The notes beneath the pieces were generated by a model. It ran no database searches. It saw only the letters and a list, made by a program, of their open reading frames with translations, and had not been told where the DNA came from. A program made the position numbers and the translations under genes. From contig JBJLEJ010000003.1 in NCBI GenBank assembly GCA_045565965.1, forward strand, positions 47,949 through 111,948: a stretch of DNA of 64,000 nt, read 5' to 3'. Positions 33,126 to 43,181 of the stretch are shown piece after piece. Source of the stretch: Pontiellaceae bacterium (GTDB taxonomy: Bacteria; Verrucomicrobiota; Kiritimatiellia; Kiritimatiellales; Pontiellaceae). Position 1 is the stretch's first letter; each line of letters begins with the position of its first letter.

Positions 33126-35318
33126 ATGGGACGAATTGCAAAAGTAGTTGTGGAAATTTCATTGGATCGGGAGTTTGATTATCTTATTCCAACTTCGTTG
33201 CAATCTAGCATTGAGGTTGGGTCTCAAGTGCAGGTTCCTTTTCATGGGCGTGATTTGAGGGGCTTTGTTGTAGCACTGGCGGAGCAATCGGCGCATGAAG
33301 TACGCCTGAAAGAAATTACGGGCGTTGTGGGAGATCGTCCACTTATTCCGGATCGGGTGATGAAGTTGGCATATTGGATTGCGGAGTATTATTGTGCACC
33401 GATCGAGCATGCAGTCCGAACGGTGCTGCCGAGTGCGGTTCGGCGGCGAGGTGCGCAGCATAAGAAAAAGTTGGTAGTGAGCATACTCGATCCAGATGGG
33501 GTAGGTTCGTCGGCGCTTCAGAAAAAAGTAGTGGAGTTGCTGCATGAGCGGGGACCGATGTTGATGCGAGATTTAAAAGCCGAGCTGGGGTGTTCAGAGT
33601 CACCGATTCGGACGTTGGATAAGCAAAAGATTGTGGCGATAAAATCGGTGGCTCAACTACGTGATCCGTTGGCAGGGATGGAGATGATCCGAACCCAGCC
33701 ATTTGATTTAATGGAGGGTCAACAAAGAGCACTCGATATAATCCATCAGGCATTAGAGGCCACCCCTCGTGAAACGGTTTTATTACAGGGTGTTACAGGA
33801 AGTGGTAAGACGGAAGTATATCTCCAAGCCATCCAATCGACACTGGATCGAGGGGAGGGTGCGATTGTATTGGTGCCGGAAATTGCCCTAACCCCTCAAA
33901 CCGTGGAGCGTTTTCGGGCAAGATTTGGAGCGGGAGTGGCGGTGTTGCATTCTGGACTATCAGATGGTGAGCGCCATGATGAGTGGCATCGGATTAGAGA
34001 GGGAAAGGCTCGGATTGCAGTGGGAGCTCGTTCGGCCCTCTTTGCACCGATTGAGTCGTTGGGTTTGATCGTGGTCGATGAAGAGCATGAGCCAACCTAT
34101 AAACAGGAGGAGTCGCCTCGGTATCATGCGCGAGATGCGGCGGTGATGCGGGGTCGATTGGAGGGATGTTGTGTTGTGCTTGGATCGGCCACGCCTTCTT
34201 TGGAATCGAGTCGGAATGTGCAGAGTGGGCGGTATCGGTTGGCTCGAATGGATGATCGGGTCGATCATCGAGCAATGCCGTTGATTCGGGTGATTGATAT
34301 GGTGGAGGAAGCCGAGCGTAATGGTCAGTCTTCGCTCTTTTCTTCGGCGTTGATTGAGGGCATCTATGATCGGTTAGATCGGGGAGAGCAAGTGATGCTT
34401 TTTTTGAATCGAAGGGGGTTTTCTTCATCAATACAATGTGAGGCGTGTGGGTATGTAAACGAGTGTTCGGCGTGTAGTGTAACTCGAAATTATCATAAGG
34501 CTGAGAGGCGTCTTTTATGTCATGTTTGTGGCAGTGAGGAACGGTTACCTAAAAGTTGTCCTTCTTGTGGTCAGGCGCCTTTCAAATATGTGGGTAGTGG
34601 TACGGAGAAGATTGAAGAGATTTTAGGAAAGCTTTGCTCCCAGGCTCGAATTGCTCGGATGGACTCCGATACTATGCGTCGGAAAGAGGCGTATCAAGAG
34701 GTGCTAGGGCGGTTTCGGAGTGGGCAGATTGATATTTTACTGGGTACGCAGATGATTGCAAAAGGACTCGATTTCCCAAATGTAACTTTGGTAGGCGTCC
34801 TGAATGCCGATATTCAGTTACATATGCCTGATTTTCGAGCAGGGGAGCGTTCGTATCAGTTGCTGACTCAGGTGGCAGGGCGTGCGGGACGAGGAGATGT
34901 TCCGGGGGAGGTATTGATTCAAACCTACACGCCGCATCATCCGGCGATTCAAGCTGCACAAAAAATGGATACGTCAATTTATATGGAGGAGGATCTTCTT
35001 TTTCGGAAACAGTTGAATTATCCACCCTATGCCCATCTGGTTTTGATTACATTCAAGGGGCTGCTTGAATCCGAGGTAGCCAGTCATATCGATGGATTTA
35101 TGACGCGATTATCTCCGCTCTTACCTAGGACTGTTCAGGTGACCCCGCCGATGCCGGCTCCTTTAGCTCGAGCGAAAGGGTTTTATCGGTATCAGGTGAT
35201 GCTTCGGTGTGAGCATACAGTGAAAATGACTAAGCCGGTTAAGTTTGTACTTGCGAAAATCCGTTTACCGAAGGATATCAGAGTCATCGTTGATGTGGAT
35301 GCCACTTCGCTCTTGTAA
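33126..35318 (+). CDS. priA: Primosomal protein N' (replication restart helicase)
   Basis: GVTGSGKTEVY, VPEIALTPQ, DEEH, LNRRG, four CxxC pairs, GTQMIAKGLDFP, QVAGRAGR. Confidence 0.97.
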   Translation: MGRIAKVVVEISLDREFDYLIPTSLQSSIEVGSQVQVPFHGRDLRGFVVALAEQSAHEVRLKEITGVVGDRPLIPDRVMKLAYWIAEYYCAPIEHAVRTVLPSAVRRRGAQHKKKLVVSILDPDGVGSSALQKKVVELLHERGPMLMRDLKAELGCSESPIRTLDKQKIVAIKSVAQLRDPLAGMEMIRTQPFDLMEGQQRALDIIHQALEATPRETVLLQGVTGSGKTEVYLQAIQSTLDRGEGAIVLVPEIALTPQTVERFRARFGAGVAVLHSGLSDGERHDEWHRIREGKARIAVGARSALFAPIESLGLIVVDEEHEPTYKQEESPRYHARDAAVMRGRLEGCCVVLGSATPSLESSRNVQSGRYRLARMDDRVDHRAMPLIRVIDMVEEAERNGQSSLFSSALIEGIYDRLDRGEQVMLFLNRRGFSSSIQCEACGYVNECSACSVTRNYHKAERRLLCHVCGSEERLPKSCPSCGQAPFKYVGSGTEKIEEILGKLCSQARIARMDSDTMRRKEAYQEVLGRFRSGQIDILLGTQMIAKGLDFPNVTLVGVLNADIQLHMPDFRAGERSYQLLTQVAGRAGRGDVPGEVLIQTYTPHHPAIQAAQKMDTSIYMEEDLLFRKQLNYPPYAHLVLITFKGLLESEVASHIDGFMTRLSPLLPRTVQVTPPMPAPLARAKGFYRYQVMLRCEHTVKMTKPVKFVLAKIRLPKDIRVIVDVDATSLL

Positions 35319-35429
35319 AGGTTACGCTAGTTAAAGGTAAATTGTGTTTTTAATTACTCTTAAATAAGCGTTTGAATATGGTTTTAGGCGGAGCAAGACC
35401 AGCAAGAGTTAGGTCAGTTATGACGGGAG

Positions 35430-36341
35430 TTATAATCGGCAAATTGAGCGAAATTGATTCAGGCGTTGATCAATTTGATTACGGTCGAGGCGTTGAAGAC
35501 GGTCGAGGCTAAATTCTTCAACACCAAAGGAGGCTACAACGCTTCCATAAGCCATCGCTTGGCGGATAGCTTCTGCATCGGTTTTTCCAGATGCAGCAAG
35601 AGCACCCATCAGACCGCCCGCAAAGCTATCACCCGCGCCCGTGGGGTCGGCGAAGGTATCCAAAGGATATGCATGCAATAAGAAGAGATCGTCGCGGCTG
35701 TAGAGCATGGAGCCATTCCCGCCTTTTTTAATGAGGACGTAGTCGGGCCCGATTTCGATTAAGGCCTTTGCCGCTTGTATGAGGCTGTGCTCACCCGTGA
35801 AGAGTTGAGCTTCCGATTCATTGAGAGTGAGCATATCGCATTTGCCAATAACTTGGGTGAGCTCTTCTTTTGCGATGTTAATCCATAGGTCCATAGTGTC
35901 TATGAGTACAAATCGGGGAGTATGAACTTGCTCTAACACATGTAGTTGAAGGGCAGGGTGGATATTACCAAGAAAGAGATAGGGCGCGTTGCGATAGGTT
36001 TCAGGCAGATTCGGGGAGAACTCTTCAAAGACATTGAGTTCGGTGGATAGGGTGGTTCGGTTATCCATATTGGCTTCGTAGATACCTGACCAGCGAAAGG
36101 TTTTTCCTTCTTGCGTTTGGAGTCCGTCAAGGTTGATATTCATTAGTTTCCAGCGATCTTTAAAGGTTTGTGGAAAATCAGTTCCAACCACTCCGACCAT
36201 GCCCGCTTGTGTAAAGAAGGAGGCTGCGGCACAGGCGTAGCTAACGGAGCCGCCAAGAATCTCTTCGCGTTTTTCAGTTGGGGTTTCAATGGTATCGATT
36301 CCAATGGATCCGACGATGGTTAGGTTGATGGGTTGTGACAT
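35430..36341 (-). CDS. PfkB family carbohydrate kinase
   Basis: GGS..YA, GVVGTDF, DTMDLWI, NESEA, DPTGAGDSFAGG. Confidence 0.92.
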   Translation of the reverse strand: MSQPINLTIVGSIGIDTIETPTEKREEILGGSVSYACAAASFFTQAGMVGVVGTDFPQTFKDRWKLMNINLDGLQTQEGKTFRWSGIYEANMDNRTTLSTELNVFEEFSPNLPETYRNAPYLFLGNIHPALQLHVLEQVHTPRFVLIDTMDLWINIAKEELTQVIGKCDMLTLNESEAQLFTGEHSLIQAAKALIEIGPDYVLIKKGGNGSMLYSRDDLFLLHAYPLDTFADPTGAGDSFAGGLMGALAASGKTDAEAIRQAMAYGSVVASFGVEEFSLDRLQRLDRNQIDQRLNQFRSICRL

Positions 36342-36356
36342 AAGCGACCTCTTCGT

Positions 36357-37784
36357 TTATGAAGCTAAGTGAACTAATAAGCAAACAATCAAGCCAATGC
36401 AATAGGTTTGCAAATCGGAAACGGCAAAAACGAGTGGGTCGTAATGCAGTATTCCTTTTTTGACGCGATTCCAAATGCGCCAAAACCAGTATAAAATGAG
36501 AGGTAAAATACCCCATAAATAGAGGGGTTGTTGATAGAGTTTCACTACCTTATCGCTCAAGAGATAACCGATTAAAATTAGGCAACTACCTGCGGCAATG
36601 GTTATGCCGATTAGGAAGAGGGCGGGGTAGTGTGTAGGTTGATAAGGTCGTTCTCGATGCGAGTTGTTTATCGTGTCGCTGACACTCAGTTCCTTTAATT
36701 CCGTGCAGCGCTTAGCGAGTGCAAGCGAGAGAAAGAAGAGGATAGAGAAGGCTAGCAACCATATGGATACGGGCGTATGGGTGGCGGCGCCTCCGGCAAT
36801 AATCCGGAGAGTGTAAAGACCAGTCAAAATTAGCAGATCCCATACAAAAAGGTTCTTTAGCTTAATAGAATAGAGGGTGGTGAGGAGGAGGTATAAAAGA
36901 AGAGTGGCTGAAAAAGTGAGGGGCAAAAAAGAACTGACCCAAAAGGCTCCTAGTAGAAGCATTGGAATAAGCTGTACGCCTTGAATTAGTTGAAGGTCTC
37001 CTGCGGCAAAGGGGCGGTGTTGTTTGCGTGGATGGGTTTGATCGGCAGACAAATCGAGTAGATCATTTATGATATAAATAGCTGACGCTACTAAACTAAA
37101 GGAGGCAAAGGCGAGAATGGTTTGGCTAAGTGTACTGGTTTCGCTGATACGATGGGCAAGTAAGAGGGGGGAGAAGACGAGTAAATTTTTTACCCAATGA
37201 TGAAGCCGGAGCATGCGTGGAAGCGTTCGGTGAAGGGATTGGCGGTCTTCAATAAGGAGGTCTGCTGGCTGCGCCTTCTGCGCTTGATGGCTGGGGTTTA
37301 CGAGGATTTTTTGGCGAGCTTCCTGCCATACAGAGAGATCGGAGATGCTGTCTCCAGCATAGTCAAAGGTGGTGAATCGTCGAACAAGGGCATCGCGTTT
37401 GGCTGTACTAAAGAGGTTATGTTTAGCAGTGGAGGCAAGCACTTCATCGAAGAGCCCGATATGAGTGGCAACGGCTTCGGCTGTTCGGTAGTTGGCGGCA
37501 GTTACGAGAATGATTCGACGACCGGCCTTTTTTTCTGCGTGAAGATAATCGAGTAGCGCAGTGTTGTAGGGGAGATTTTCAACATTAAGGTCGATGCGCT
37601 TTGCGACTTCGTTTTTTGTGAAGGCTCTGCCTTGTCTGATCCATCGAGGGAGTGAAAGAAGGGCGGTTGGATTTCGCCGTAAAAGTAAGCAGATGGCTTG
37701 GTGGAGTGTGTCTAATTTGACGAGCGTTCCATCAAGATCAATACAGAGGGGTATGGGGTCGATTTGAATAGATTGAGTTTCCAA
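36357..37784 (-). CDS. HAD-like + UbiA prenyltransferase (decaprenyl-phosphate phosphoribosyltransferase-like)
   Basis: N-terminal DLDGTL and YAGDS..D HAD motifs; C-terminal R.HHWVKN, NDLLD..D..HP.K..RP, KR..E, DP..FA. Confidence 0.88.
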   Translation of the reverse strand: METQSIQIDPIPLCIDLDGTLVKLDTLHQAICLLLRRNPTALLSLPRWIRQGRAFTKNEVAKRIDLNVENLPYNTALLDYLHAEKKAGRRIILVTAANYRTAEAVATHIGLFDEVLASTAKHNLFSTAKRDALVRRFTTFDYAGDSISDLSVWQEARQKILVNPSHQAQKAQPADLLIEDRQSLHRTLPRMLRLHHWVKNLLVFSPLLLAHRISETSTLSQTILAFASFSLVASAIYIINDLLDLSADQTHPRKQHRPFAAGDLQLIQGVQLIPMLLLGAFWVSSFLPLTFSATLLLYLLLTTLYSIKLKNLFVWDLLILTGLYTLRIIAGGAATHTPVSIWLLAFSILFFLSLALAKRCTELKELSVSDTINNSHRERPYQPTHYPALFLIGITIAAGSCLILIGYLLSDKVVKLYQQPLYLWGILPLILYWFWRIWNRVKKGILHYDPLVFAVSDLQTYCIGLIVCLLVHLAS

Positions 37785-37793
37785 AAGGCGCTC

Positions 37794-38204
37794 CTAAAAA
37801 GTGTCTTCTTCAACGTGTTTTACTCTGATATAGCCCTGTTGAAATCCTTTTTCGATTCGTTTCAGGACCGCTTTACGAAGAAGGGTGCGCACGGCACTGA
37901 TCAAAAGGGAAAAGCCGAGGGTGTCGGTGAGTAAACCAGGTGTAATGAGGAATGCACCGGAGATTAGAATCATAATGCCATCGATCATTTGGGGGGCGGG
38001 CAGATTTCCAAGAGCAAGTTCTTGACGTATGTGGACTACGGTTTGAATGCCTTGTTGTCGTACCAGTGTGGCGCCTACGATGCCGGTTGCAAATACTAAA
38101 AGTACGGTTGGCAGAAATCCTAGAATGCCGTGAACTTCAAAGAGTAGTACCAATTCAAGAATTGGGAGTCCAATGAAGATGAGCAATAAGGGGGGTAGAC
38201 GCAT
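37794..38204 (-). CDS. fxsA: FxsA family membrane protein
   Basis: P.LEL, R.QG, LI.PG.LTD.LG. Confidence 0.88.
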   Translation of the reverse strand: MRLPPLLLIFIGLPILELVLLFEVHGILGFLPTVLLVFATGIVGATLVRQQGIQTVVHIRQELALGNLPAPQMIDGIMILISGAFLITPGLLTDTLGFSLLISAVRTLLRKAVLKRIEKGFQQGYIRVKHVEEDTF

Positions 38205-38209
38205 CTGTT

Positions 38210-39868
38210 TTATGACTCAGGTTCTTCTTCAAAGATATCTATTTCGGCTTCGGCTACGATACCTGCTTGCCATGTGGAGATCCGATTAGCTCTTTTTTGT
38301 TGGATAAGTGAGGCTTCAATGCGGGGTCGTTGGGTGTTCAGTCCGGAGATATCAGCTTCTTTACGTTGCTTGACAGCGGTTAATAAGACACCGGCTTCGG
38401 TTTCAATGGGGGCGGCTAGTTGAGCGGTTTCCAATTGATAGGTTTGTTCCATCAAGAGCGCCGCCTGCGGATGTTCCAGAGGCTGCTCGCTGTTGTATGG
38501 AGTGAGAGTTTCTAGAGAGAAGGAGGTAGCTTTTATAGCGTCAGCGAATGAGGTTCCATCGGCGACTGCTTCTTGTACTTGTGTATAGAGCGTGGTTATG
38601 TATTCGCGATAAGCATTGGCATCTGCTTGTTGTTGCGCTCGTTGCTTCGCGAGTTCTTTAACGGCTGCAAATGCAGGAATAAATGCGGGTAATTTTTTCT
38701 GAAGTGCAATTACATAGACATGATCGCGTCCGACAACTGGGTCGCTGTAATATTGGTTTGGGGTAAGGTCCAGATTAAAACTTGCTGTTGAAAATGGAGC
38801 GGTTGGATCGATTTGCGCTACGGTTTCGTTGGCAGAAAACGGAGGTATATTTCTAATAATTTCCTTTCCTGCTGCGGTGGCCTTGGTGGCAAAGTCGGCG
38901 CCTTCATCTGATAAAGCAGCAACTAAATTATCAGCGGCACGGAAGGCGTCTTGTCGGGCTAGTTCGGTTTGAACGATGAGCACGAGAGCGCTGCGGACTT
39001 CGTCGAGAGGTAGATAGCTGGGGTCTGCCGTGGGGTTTCCTGGATCGGTTTCGACGCGATAGCGTTCAAGATTATTTGAGTATACTTGTGCAAGCATTTC
39101 ATCGGTCACGTCGATAGCATCCGTGTAATCAGCAACATCAAATTGAACGTAGTGGACGCTTACTTTTGCAGGTAATTCGAAGGTTGCGCGGTTGGCCTCA
39201 TAGAACGTTTGAGTATCGGCTTCGGTAACGGCTGGAGCCGAGATGCCTTTAAAGGGGATGAGGGCGGTGTCGAGTGTAATTAAGTCGTTGAGAAGGTGAT
39301 ATGTTTCGAGCACTTCTTCCTCGGTAACGAGTACCCCTTCTCCAGCAACTTGAGCGGCGTGTTCGAGAATGATGTTTTCTGCGTAAGCATTTTCAAACTC
39401 TTTTGCATCCATGCCAAGACCTGATAGGAAATTATCGACAAATGAGTTGTAGGCGTTGGTGTCGAACTGTCCGGTTTGTTGATTTTGAAAAATGGGAAGG
39501 CTTTTGATTGCGCCTATGATCTGTTCTGGGGAGGCACTGAAGCCTTGTTCACGAGCTTTTTTGAGCACCGCTAATCGATTCCAGGCGGCTTCGGTTAGGG
39601 CTCGATCTGTTTCTTCATCCACTTGTAAGGCTTCGCCGGTCATGATGCTGTAGATCAGATATACATTTCGGTAAGAGGTTAAAAACTCTGCTCGGGTGAT
39701 TTCTTCGCCGAAAACAGTTCCAACCGGATCGTTGGCACTTCGTTGGGGGCTGGCATCTGGGGTTGCCATATCCATGGCAACAAAGGCAAAAACGACAAGA
39801 CCAATAAAGAGGCCCCAGACAATTTTGGATTGGATTAATTTATTAAAATTCGTGATCAACATGGCCAT
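38210..39868 (-). CDS. SurA-N domain/PpiD-like membrane-anchored periplasmic chaperone
   Basis: N-terminal TM, V.G..IT, FQNQQTGQFD..AY, VTEEEV, V.Y..F; acidic. Confidence 0.8.
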   Translation of the reverse strand: MAMLITNFNKLIQSKIVWGLFIGLVVFAFVAMDMATPDASPQRSANDPVGTVFGEEITRAEFLTSYRNVYLIYSIMTGEALQVDEETDRALTEAAWNRLAVLKKAREQGFSASPEQIIGAIKSLPIFQNQQTGQFDTNAYNSFVDNFLSGLGMDAKEFENAYAENIILEHAAQVAGEGVLVTEEEVLETYHLLNDLITLDTALIPFKGISAPAVTEADTQTFYEANRATFELPAKVSVHYVQFDVADYTDAIDVTDEMLAQVYSNNLERYRVETDPGNPTADPSYLPLDEVRSALVLIVQTELARQDAFRAADNLVAALSDEGADFATKATAAGKEIIRNIPPFSANETVAQIDPTAPFSTASFNLDLTPNQYYSDPVVGRDHVYVIALQKKLPAFIPAFAAVKELAKQRAQQQADANAYREYITTLYTQVQEAVADGTSFADAIKATSFSLETLTPYNSEQPLEHPQAALLMEQTYQLETAQLAAPIETEAGVLLTAVKQRKEADISGLNTQRPRIEASLIQQKRANRISTWQAGIVAEAEIDIFEEEPES

Positions 39869-39898
39869 TCGACAATTCTCCGTAAAAAATGAACCGCA

Positions 39899-39927
39899 AA
39901 TTTAACGCCTCCCACTCAGAGGGTCAA
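39899..39927 (-). promoter_or_regulatory. Sigma70-like promoter of the ppiD-fxsA-ubiA-pfkB unit
   Basis: Minus strand TTGACC-17 nt-TAAATT. Confidence 0.6.
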
Positions 39928-39958
39928 CTCGTGAGAAAGAAGATTTGTGTGGGAGCGT

Positions 39959-40519
39959 CTAGCTGAGGTTGGTGTTCTTGTATTCGGAGTCGTAGGCGCG
40001 GGGAGGGCTAAAAATGATATTTGCAATCATAGCGTTTTTGAAAGTTTTTCGGTTTTGTAGGGGGAAGTCGAGGGTGCCTTGATGTTTGGCAGAGAGAAGC
40101 GGAATTGCTGGAAGTTTCATAGCATCAAATGAAAGCAAGGTGTTAGGCATGGATTTCATCGCCGTGCCAATGGCTTTTTTATGCATATTAGCCTGTTCGG
40201 TCGGGGATGCTTTTTCTGACGGGAGTGAGATAATGGGGACTGGGGTTGGTTCTATGTAGGGAGTTGTTTCGTTGAAAATAGTCGGTTCTTGCGGTTCAAA
40301 AAAATCTTCTTCCTCTTCTGTTTCTTCCTCCATCCCAAATTGCTCGGAGATGGTCTCGAAGAACTCTTCGAGCGTGGTGGGAGGTTCTTGGGGTGATGGG
40401 GTTACTTTACGAGGAGCGGGTCGCGGTGCCGGTTTGGCACCGCTACGCTCAATGGCAGTCTTAATCAGATTGATCAAGGCCACAGCCACAAAGATTAGAA
40501 ATGGAATGAGATCATCCAT
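39959..40519 (-). CDS. Hypothetical protein downstream of floA (YqfB-like position)
   Basis: N-terminal TM, Pro/Glu-rich linker, C-terminal A.I...I..PPRA motif typical of floA-downstream genes. Confidence 0.65.
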   Translation of the reverse strand: MDDLIPFLIFVAVALINLIKTAIERSGAKPAPRPAPRKVTPSPQEPPTTLEEFFETISEQFGMEEETEEEEDFFEPQEPTIFNETTPYIEPTPVPIISLPSEKASPTEQANMHKKAIGTAMKSMPNTLLSFDAMKLPAIPLLSAKHQGTLDFPLQNRKTFKNAMIANIIFSPPRAYDSEYKNTNLS

Positions 40520-40524
40520 CGAGA

Positions 40525-41535
40525 TTACTTTTCTGGTTGCTCGTCATCTCCATTTGCGAGTGATTCGCGCATAGAGGTATCTGCCATAATATTTTGCATG
40601 CGATAGAAGTCCATCACACCTAGGTTGCCTTGCCGGAAAGCTTCCGCCAGCGCAAGTGGAACTTCGGCTTGAGCTTCAATCACTTTTGATTGCATCTCTT
40701 GAACGCGTGCGCGCATCTCTTGTTCAGCTGCAATCGCCATGGCTTTTCGTCCTTCAGCTTCTGCTTGGCGCATAATCTTATCAGCATCTGCTCGGTCGGT
40801 TTCCAATTTGGCACCTACGTTTGAAATTTGTCCGACCCCGGCAACGGAAATATCAGCAATATCAATGGAGACAATTTCAAAGGCGGTTTGCGCATCGAGA
40901 CCGCTTCCAAGTACTTTCCGACTGATGGCATCTGGATTTTCTAAAACGTTTTTATAGGAGTCCATGGAGCCAATAGCACTTACGATCCCTTGTCCGACAC
41001 GAGCGATAATGGTGTCTTCAGTCGCGCCGCCTACAAGACGGTCGAGGTTGGTTCGAACGGTTACCCGCGCTTTGACGAGAAGGCGAATTCCATCTTTTGC
41101 TACTGCATCAAGCATGCCGCCTGCAGTTTTGTTTGGATCGGGGCAGTCAATAACTTTGGGGTTTACACTGGTTTGGACGGCATCCACGATATTTCTTCCG
41201 GCGAGATCAATGGCCGCCGCTTGCTGAAAGGAGATTGTAATATTGGCCTTCTCCGCTGCGATTAAAGCGCGAACTACATTCATGATGCTACCACCGGCTA
41301 AGAAATGGGCTTCAAGCATGCCTGTTGTTAGTTTTAATCCTGCTTTCATCGCAGAGATGTATGTTAGAACAACTTGTGTGGGCGGAACTCGGCGTAATTT
41401 CATGCCGATTAGGTCGCGAATTCGCACAGGGGCTTCGGCAAAAAGAGCACGTACCCATAAGTTGATGACAGATATAGCAAGTCCAAGTATGACAAGGACG
41501 ATAATGGTTAGGGGAATTGCAATGATATAGAACAT
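40525..41535 (-). CDS. floA: Flotillin-like protein FloA (YqfA)
   Basis: [60 protein letters not shown]. Confidence 0.95.
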   Translation of the reverse strand: MFYIIAIPLTIIVLVILGLAISVINLWVRALFAEAPVRIRDLIGMKLRRVPPTQVVLTYISAMKAGLKLTTGMLEAHFLAGGSIMNVVRALIAAEKANITISFQQAAAIDLAGRNIVDAVQTSVNPKVIDCPDPNKTAGGMLDAVAKDGIRLLVKARVTVRTNLDRLVGGATEDTIIARVGQGIVSAIGSMDSYKNVLENPDAISRKVLGSGLDAQTAFEIVSIDIADISVAGVGQISNVGAKLETDRADADKIMRQAEAEGRKAMAIAAEQEMRARVQEMQSKVIEAQAEVPLALAEAFRQGNLGVMDFYRMQNIMADTSMRESLANGDDEQPEK

Positions 41536-41554
41536 AATACACTTTCCTTTGTTA

Positions 41555-42706
41555 CTAGTTATCCAATGGTTGCAGTTTCTGAGTGTGCAGGCGATTTGCT
41601 AGCATCACTGTTTCTCTGCGCTTTAAAAAAATGGCTTGTAGAATAGCACCCATTCCGAGCCAGAGACTCACGGCTTGAATCGGTACACCCAATCTCGGGA
41701 TTAAACCGATCAGGGAGAGAAGTAGCAAGCCGATTGCGGAGGAGAGCAGGAGTCTTCCGGCTTCGGCACCGCTTAATTTAAGGAGGAGCATGCCGATGAG
41801 ACAGGCCGTAATAATTTGGCTTAAATAGATCCACGCACCCCAGAGACCTAGCATGAACAAGCCCGTGGGAAGGCCAACCAAAGAGGTGAGGCAGAAAACA
41901 CCGATGATCGGTAATACACCCGAAGCAAGAAAGCCGATCAGAGAGCATTTGAGTGGGGCGGAATAAATAAGATGGGTGGCGTGAGCAGCTTGTCCAGGAA
42001 ACAAGAGGAGGTAGAGTGCGCCAGATATAAAGGCGGCAAAGAGCCAAAGACCGCGTGATTTGAGTTGGGCAATTGAAAAGGGTGAAACAGCAGAGTTGGC
42101 CTCCTCTTTGAAAATTGTTCCTCCAACTTGAGCGGACTCGATGATAAGAATTTGATCAGTACGGTAGGTAAAGTCGCCTGCTACTCGCAACCCATCAGCT
42201 ATCAACGTTTCACGAGCCTTAATATGAGTATTGCCGGCGATGGCTCCATCTAGGGTGAGCAAGGTTCCTGCTGTAACATGTAGATCACCGCCGATAGATC
42301 CTTCAAGGATAGCTTTATCTGCGATTAATCGAACCGTGCCTTCAATCGTGGCGGTATTGGAAATGGTTACGGTATCGGCAAGAATTGTTAAATTGCCTTC
42401 GATGGCTCCTTCAATGCGAACTACTTTTCCAGTGATGCGCACATTGCGCTCGGCAGTTCCGTTTAAAACGGTTTCCATGCCCGCTATTCCGTTGACATTG
42501 CCTTTGTAAGTTCCGTTGTAATAGAGGGGGTTGGCGCATACAATAAATAAGTCGTTGAGAAAGATTCCGTCGGGCTGTGCGATGGTGGCTATAACCCACT
42601 GTTCATCTTCGATTTGTTGCATTTCTGGAATAATATATTGGTTTGTAATGGTGAAAGCAGTGGCGAACAGTGGGAGTAGGAGGACTGCAATTAAGATGTT
42701 TCGCAT
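41555..42706 (-). CDS. Secreted bactofilin-like (polymer-forming) beta-helix domain followed by about 5 TM helices
   Basis: Signal peptide; repeats [48 protein letters not shown]; hydrophobic C-terminal third. Confidence 0.65.
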   Translation of the reverse strand: MRNILIAVLLLPLFATAFTITNQYIIPEMQQIEDEQWVIATIAQPDGIFLNDLFIVCANPLYYNGTYKGNVNGIAGMETVLNGTAERNVRITGKVVRIEGAIEGNLTILADTVTISNTATIEGTVRLIADKAILEGSIGGDLHVTAGTLLTLDGAIAGNTHIKARETLIADGLRVAGDFTYRTDQILIIESAQVGGTIFKEEANSAVSPFSIAQLKSRGLWLFAAFISGALYLLLFPGQAAHATHLIYSAPLKCSLIGFLASGVLPIIGVFCLTSLVGLPTGLFMLGLWGAWIYLSQIITACLIGMLLLKLSGAEAGRLLLSSAIGLLLLSLIGLIPRLGVPIQAVSLWLGMGAILQAIFLKRRETVMLANRLHTQKLQPLDN

Positions 42707-43179
42707 GGAGTATCCTCCCGCACCATAATGGTGGCATTTTGTATTGCGACTACATGGACAGGTTTACCCGCTTCAATCCAGTCAGCATCTGCCATTACGT
42801 CGACACGTTTCCCCTCGATTAAAGCGATACCCGCGGGACGTAAATTAGAGAGCGATTCACCTGTGGCCCCAATATGGATGTTGGGTTCGGCATGAGATTG
42901 AGAGTGGTTGAGATTCTCGCTTAACATAAGACCGCGTCCCATCCGGCTTTTGGGGAAAAAGCGCATCCATAAAATGAAGGTGAGGATGAGTAGAAAAAGT
43001 AACCCGATGGCACTTAGGGCATTCCAAGGGGCGTCAAACTGAAAGTATCCAACGGCCGCGGCAGCGAGCCAGATAAGTGCACCGATGATTCCTAGTAGTC
43101 CTCCCGGTATAAAAATCTCCATACCGAGAAGAACAAATCCGCTTAGAACAAGTGTGCTGTATAAGGTAGTCGGTTCCAT
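42691..43179 (-). CDS. Short NfeD family protein (membrane + OB-fold domains)
   Basis: EIFIPGG..GIIG, G...S.LRPAG, RVDV...WIE.G..V.V; no N-terminal protease domain. Confidence 0.9.
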   Translation of the reverse strand: MEPTTLYSTLVLSGFVLLGMEIFIPGGLLGIIGALIWLAAAAVGYFQFDAPWNALSAIGLLFLLILTFILWMRFFPKSRMGRGLMLSENLNHSQSHAEPNIHIGATGESLSNLRPAGIALIEGKRVDVMADADWIEAGKPVHVVAIQNATIMVREDTPCETS

Positions 43180-43181
43180 TT

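Noticed and set aside
40300-40335. TCTTCC-type short repeats
   Set aside because: Simply encode the Glu-rich linker EEETEEEED of the 39959-40519 protein
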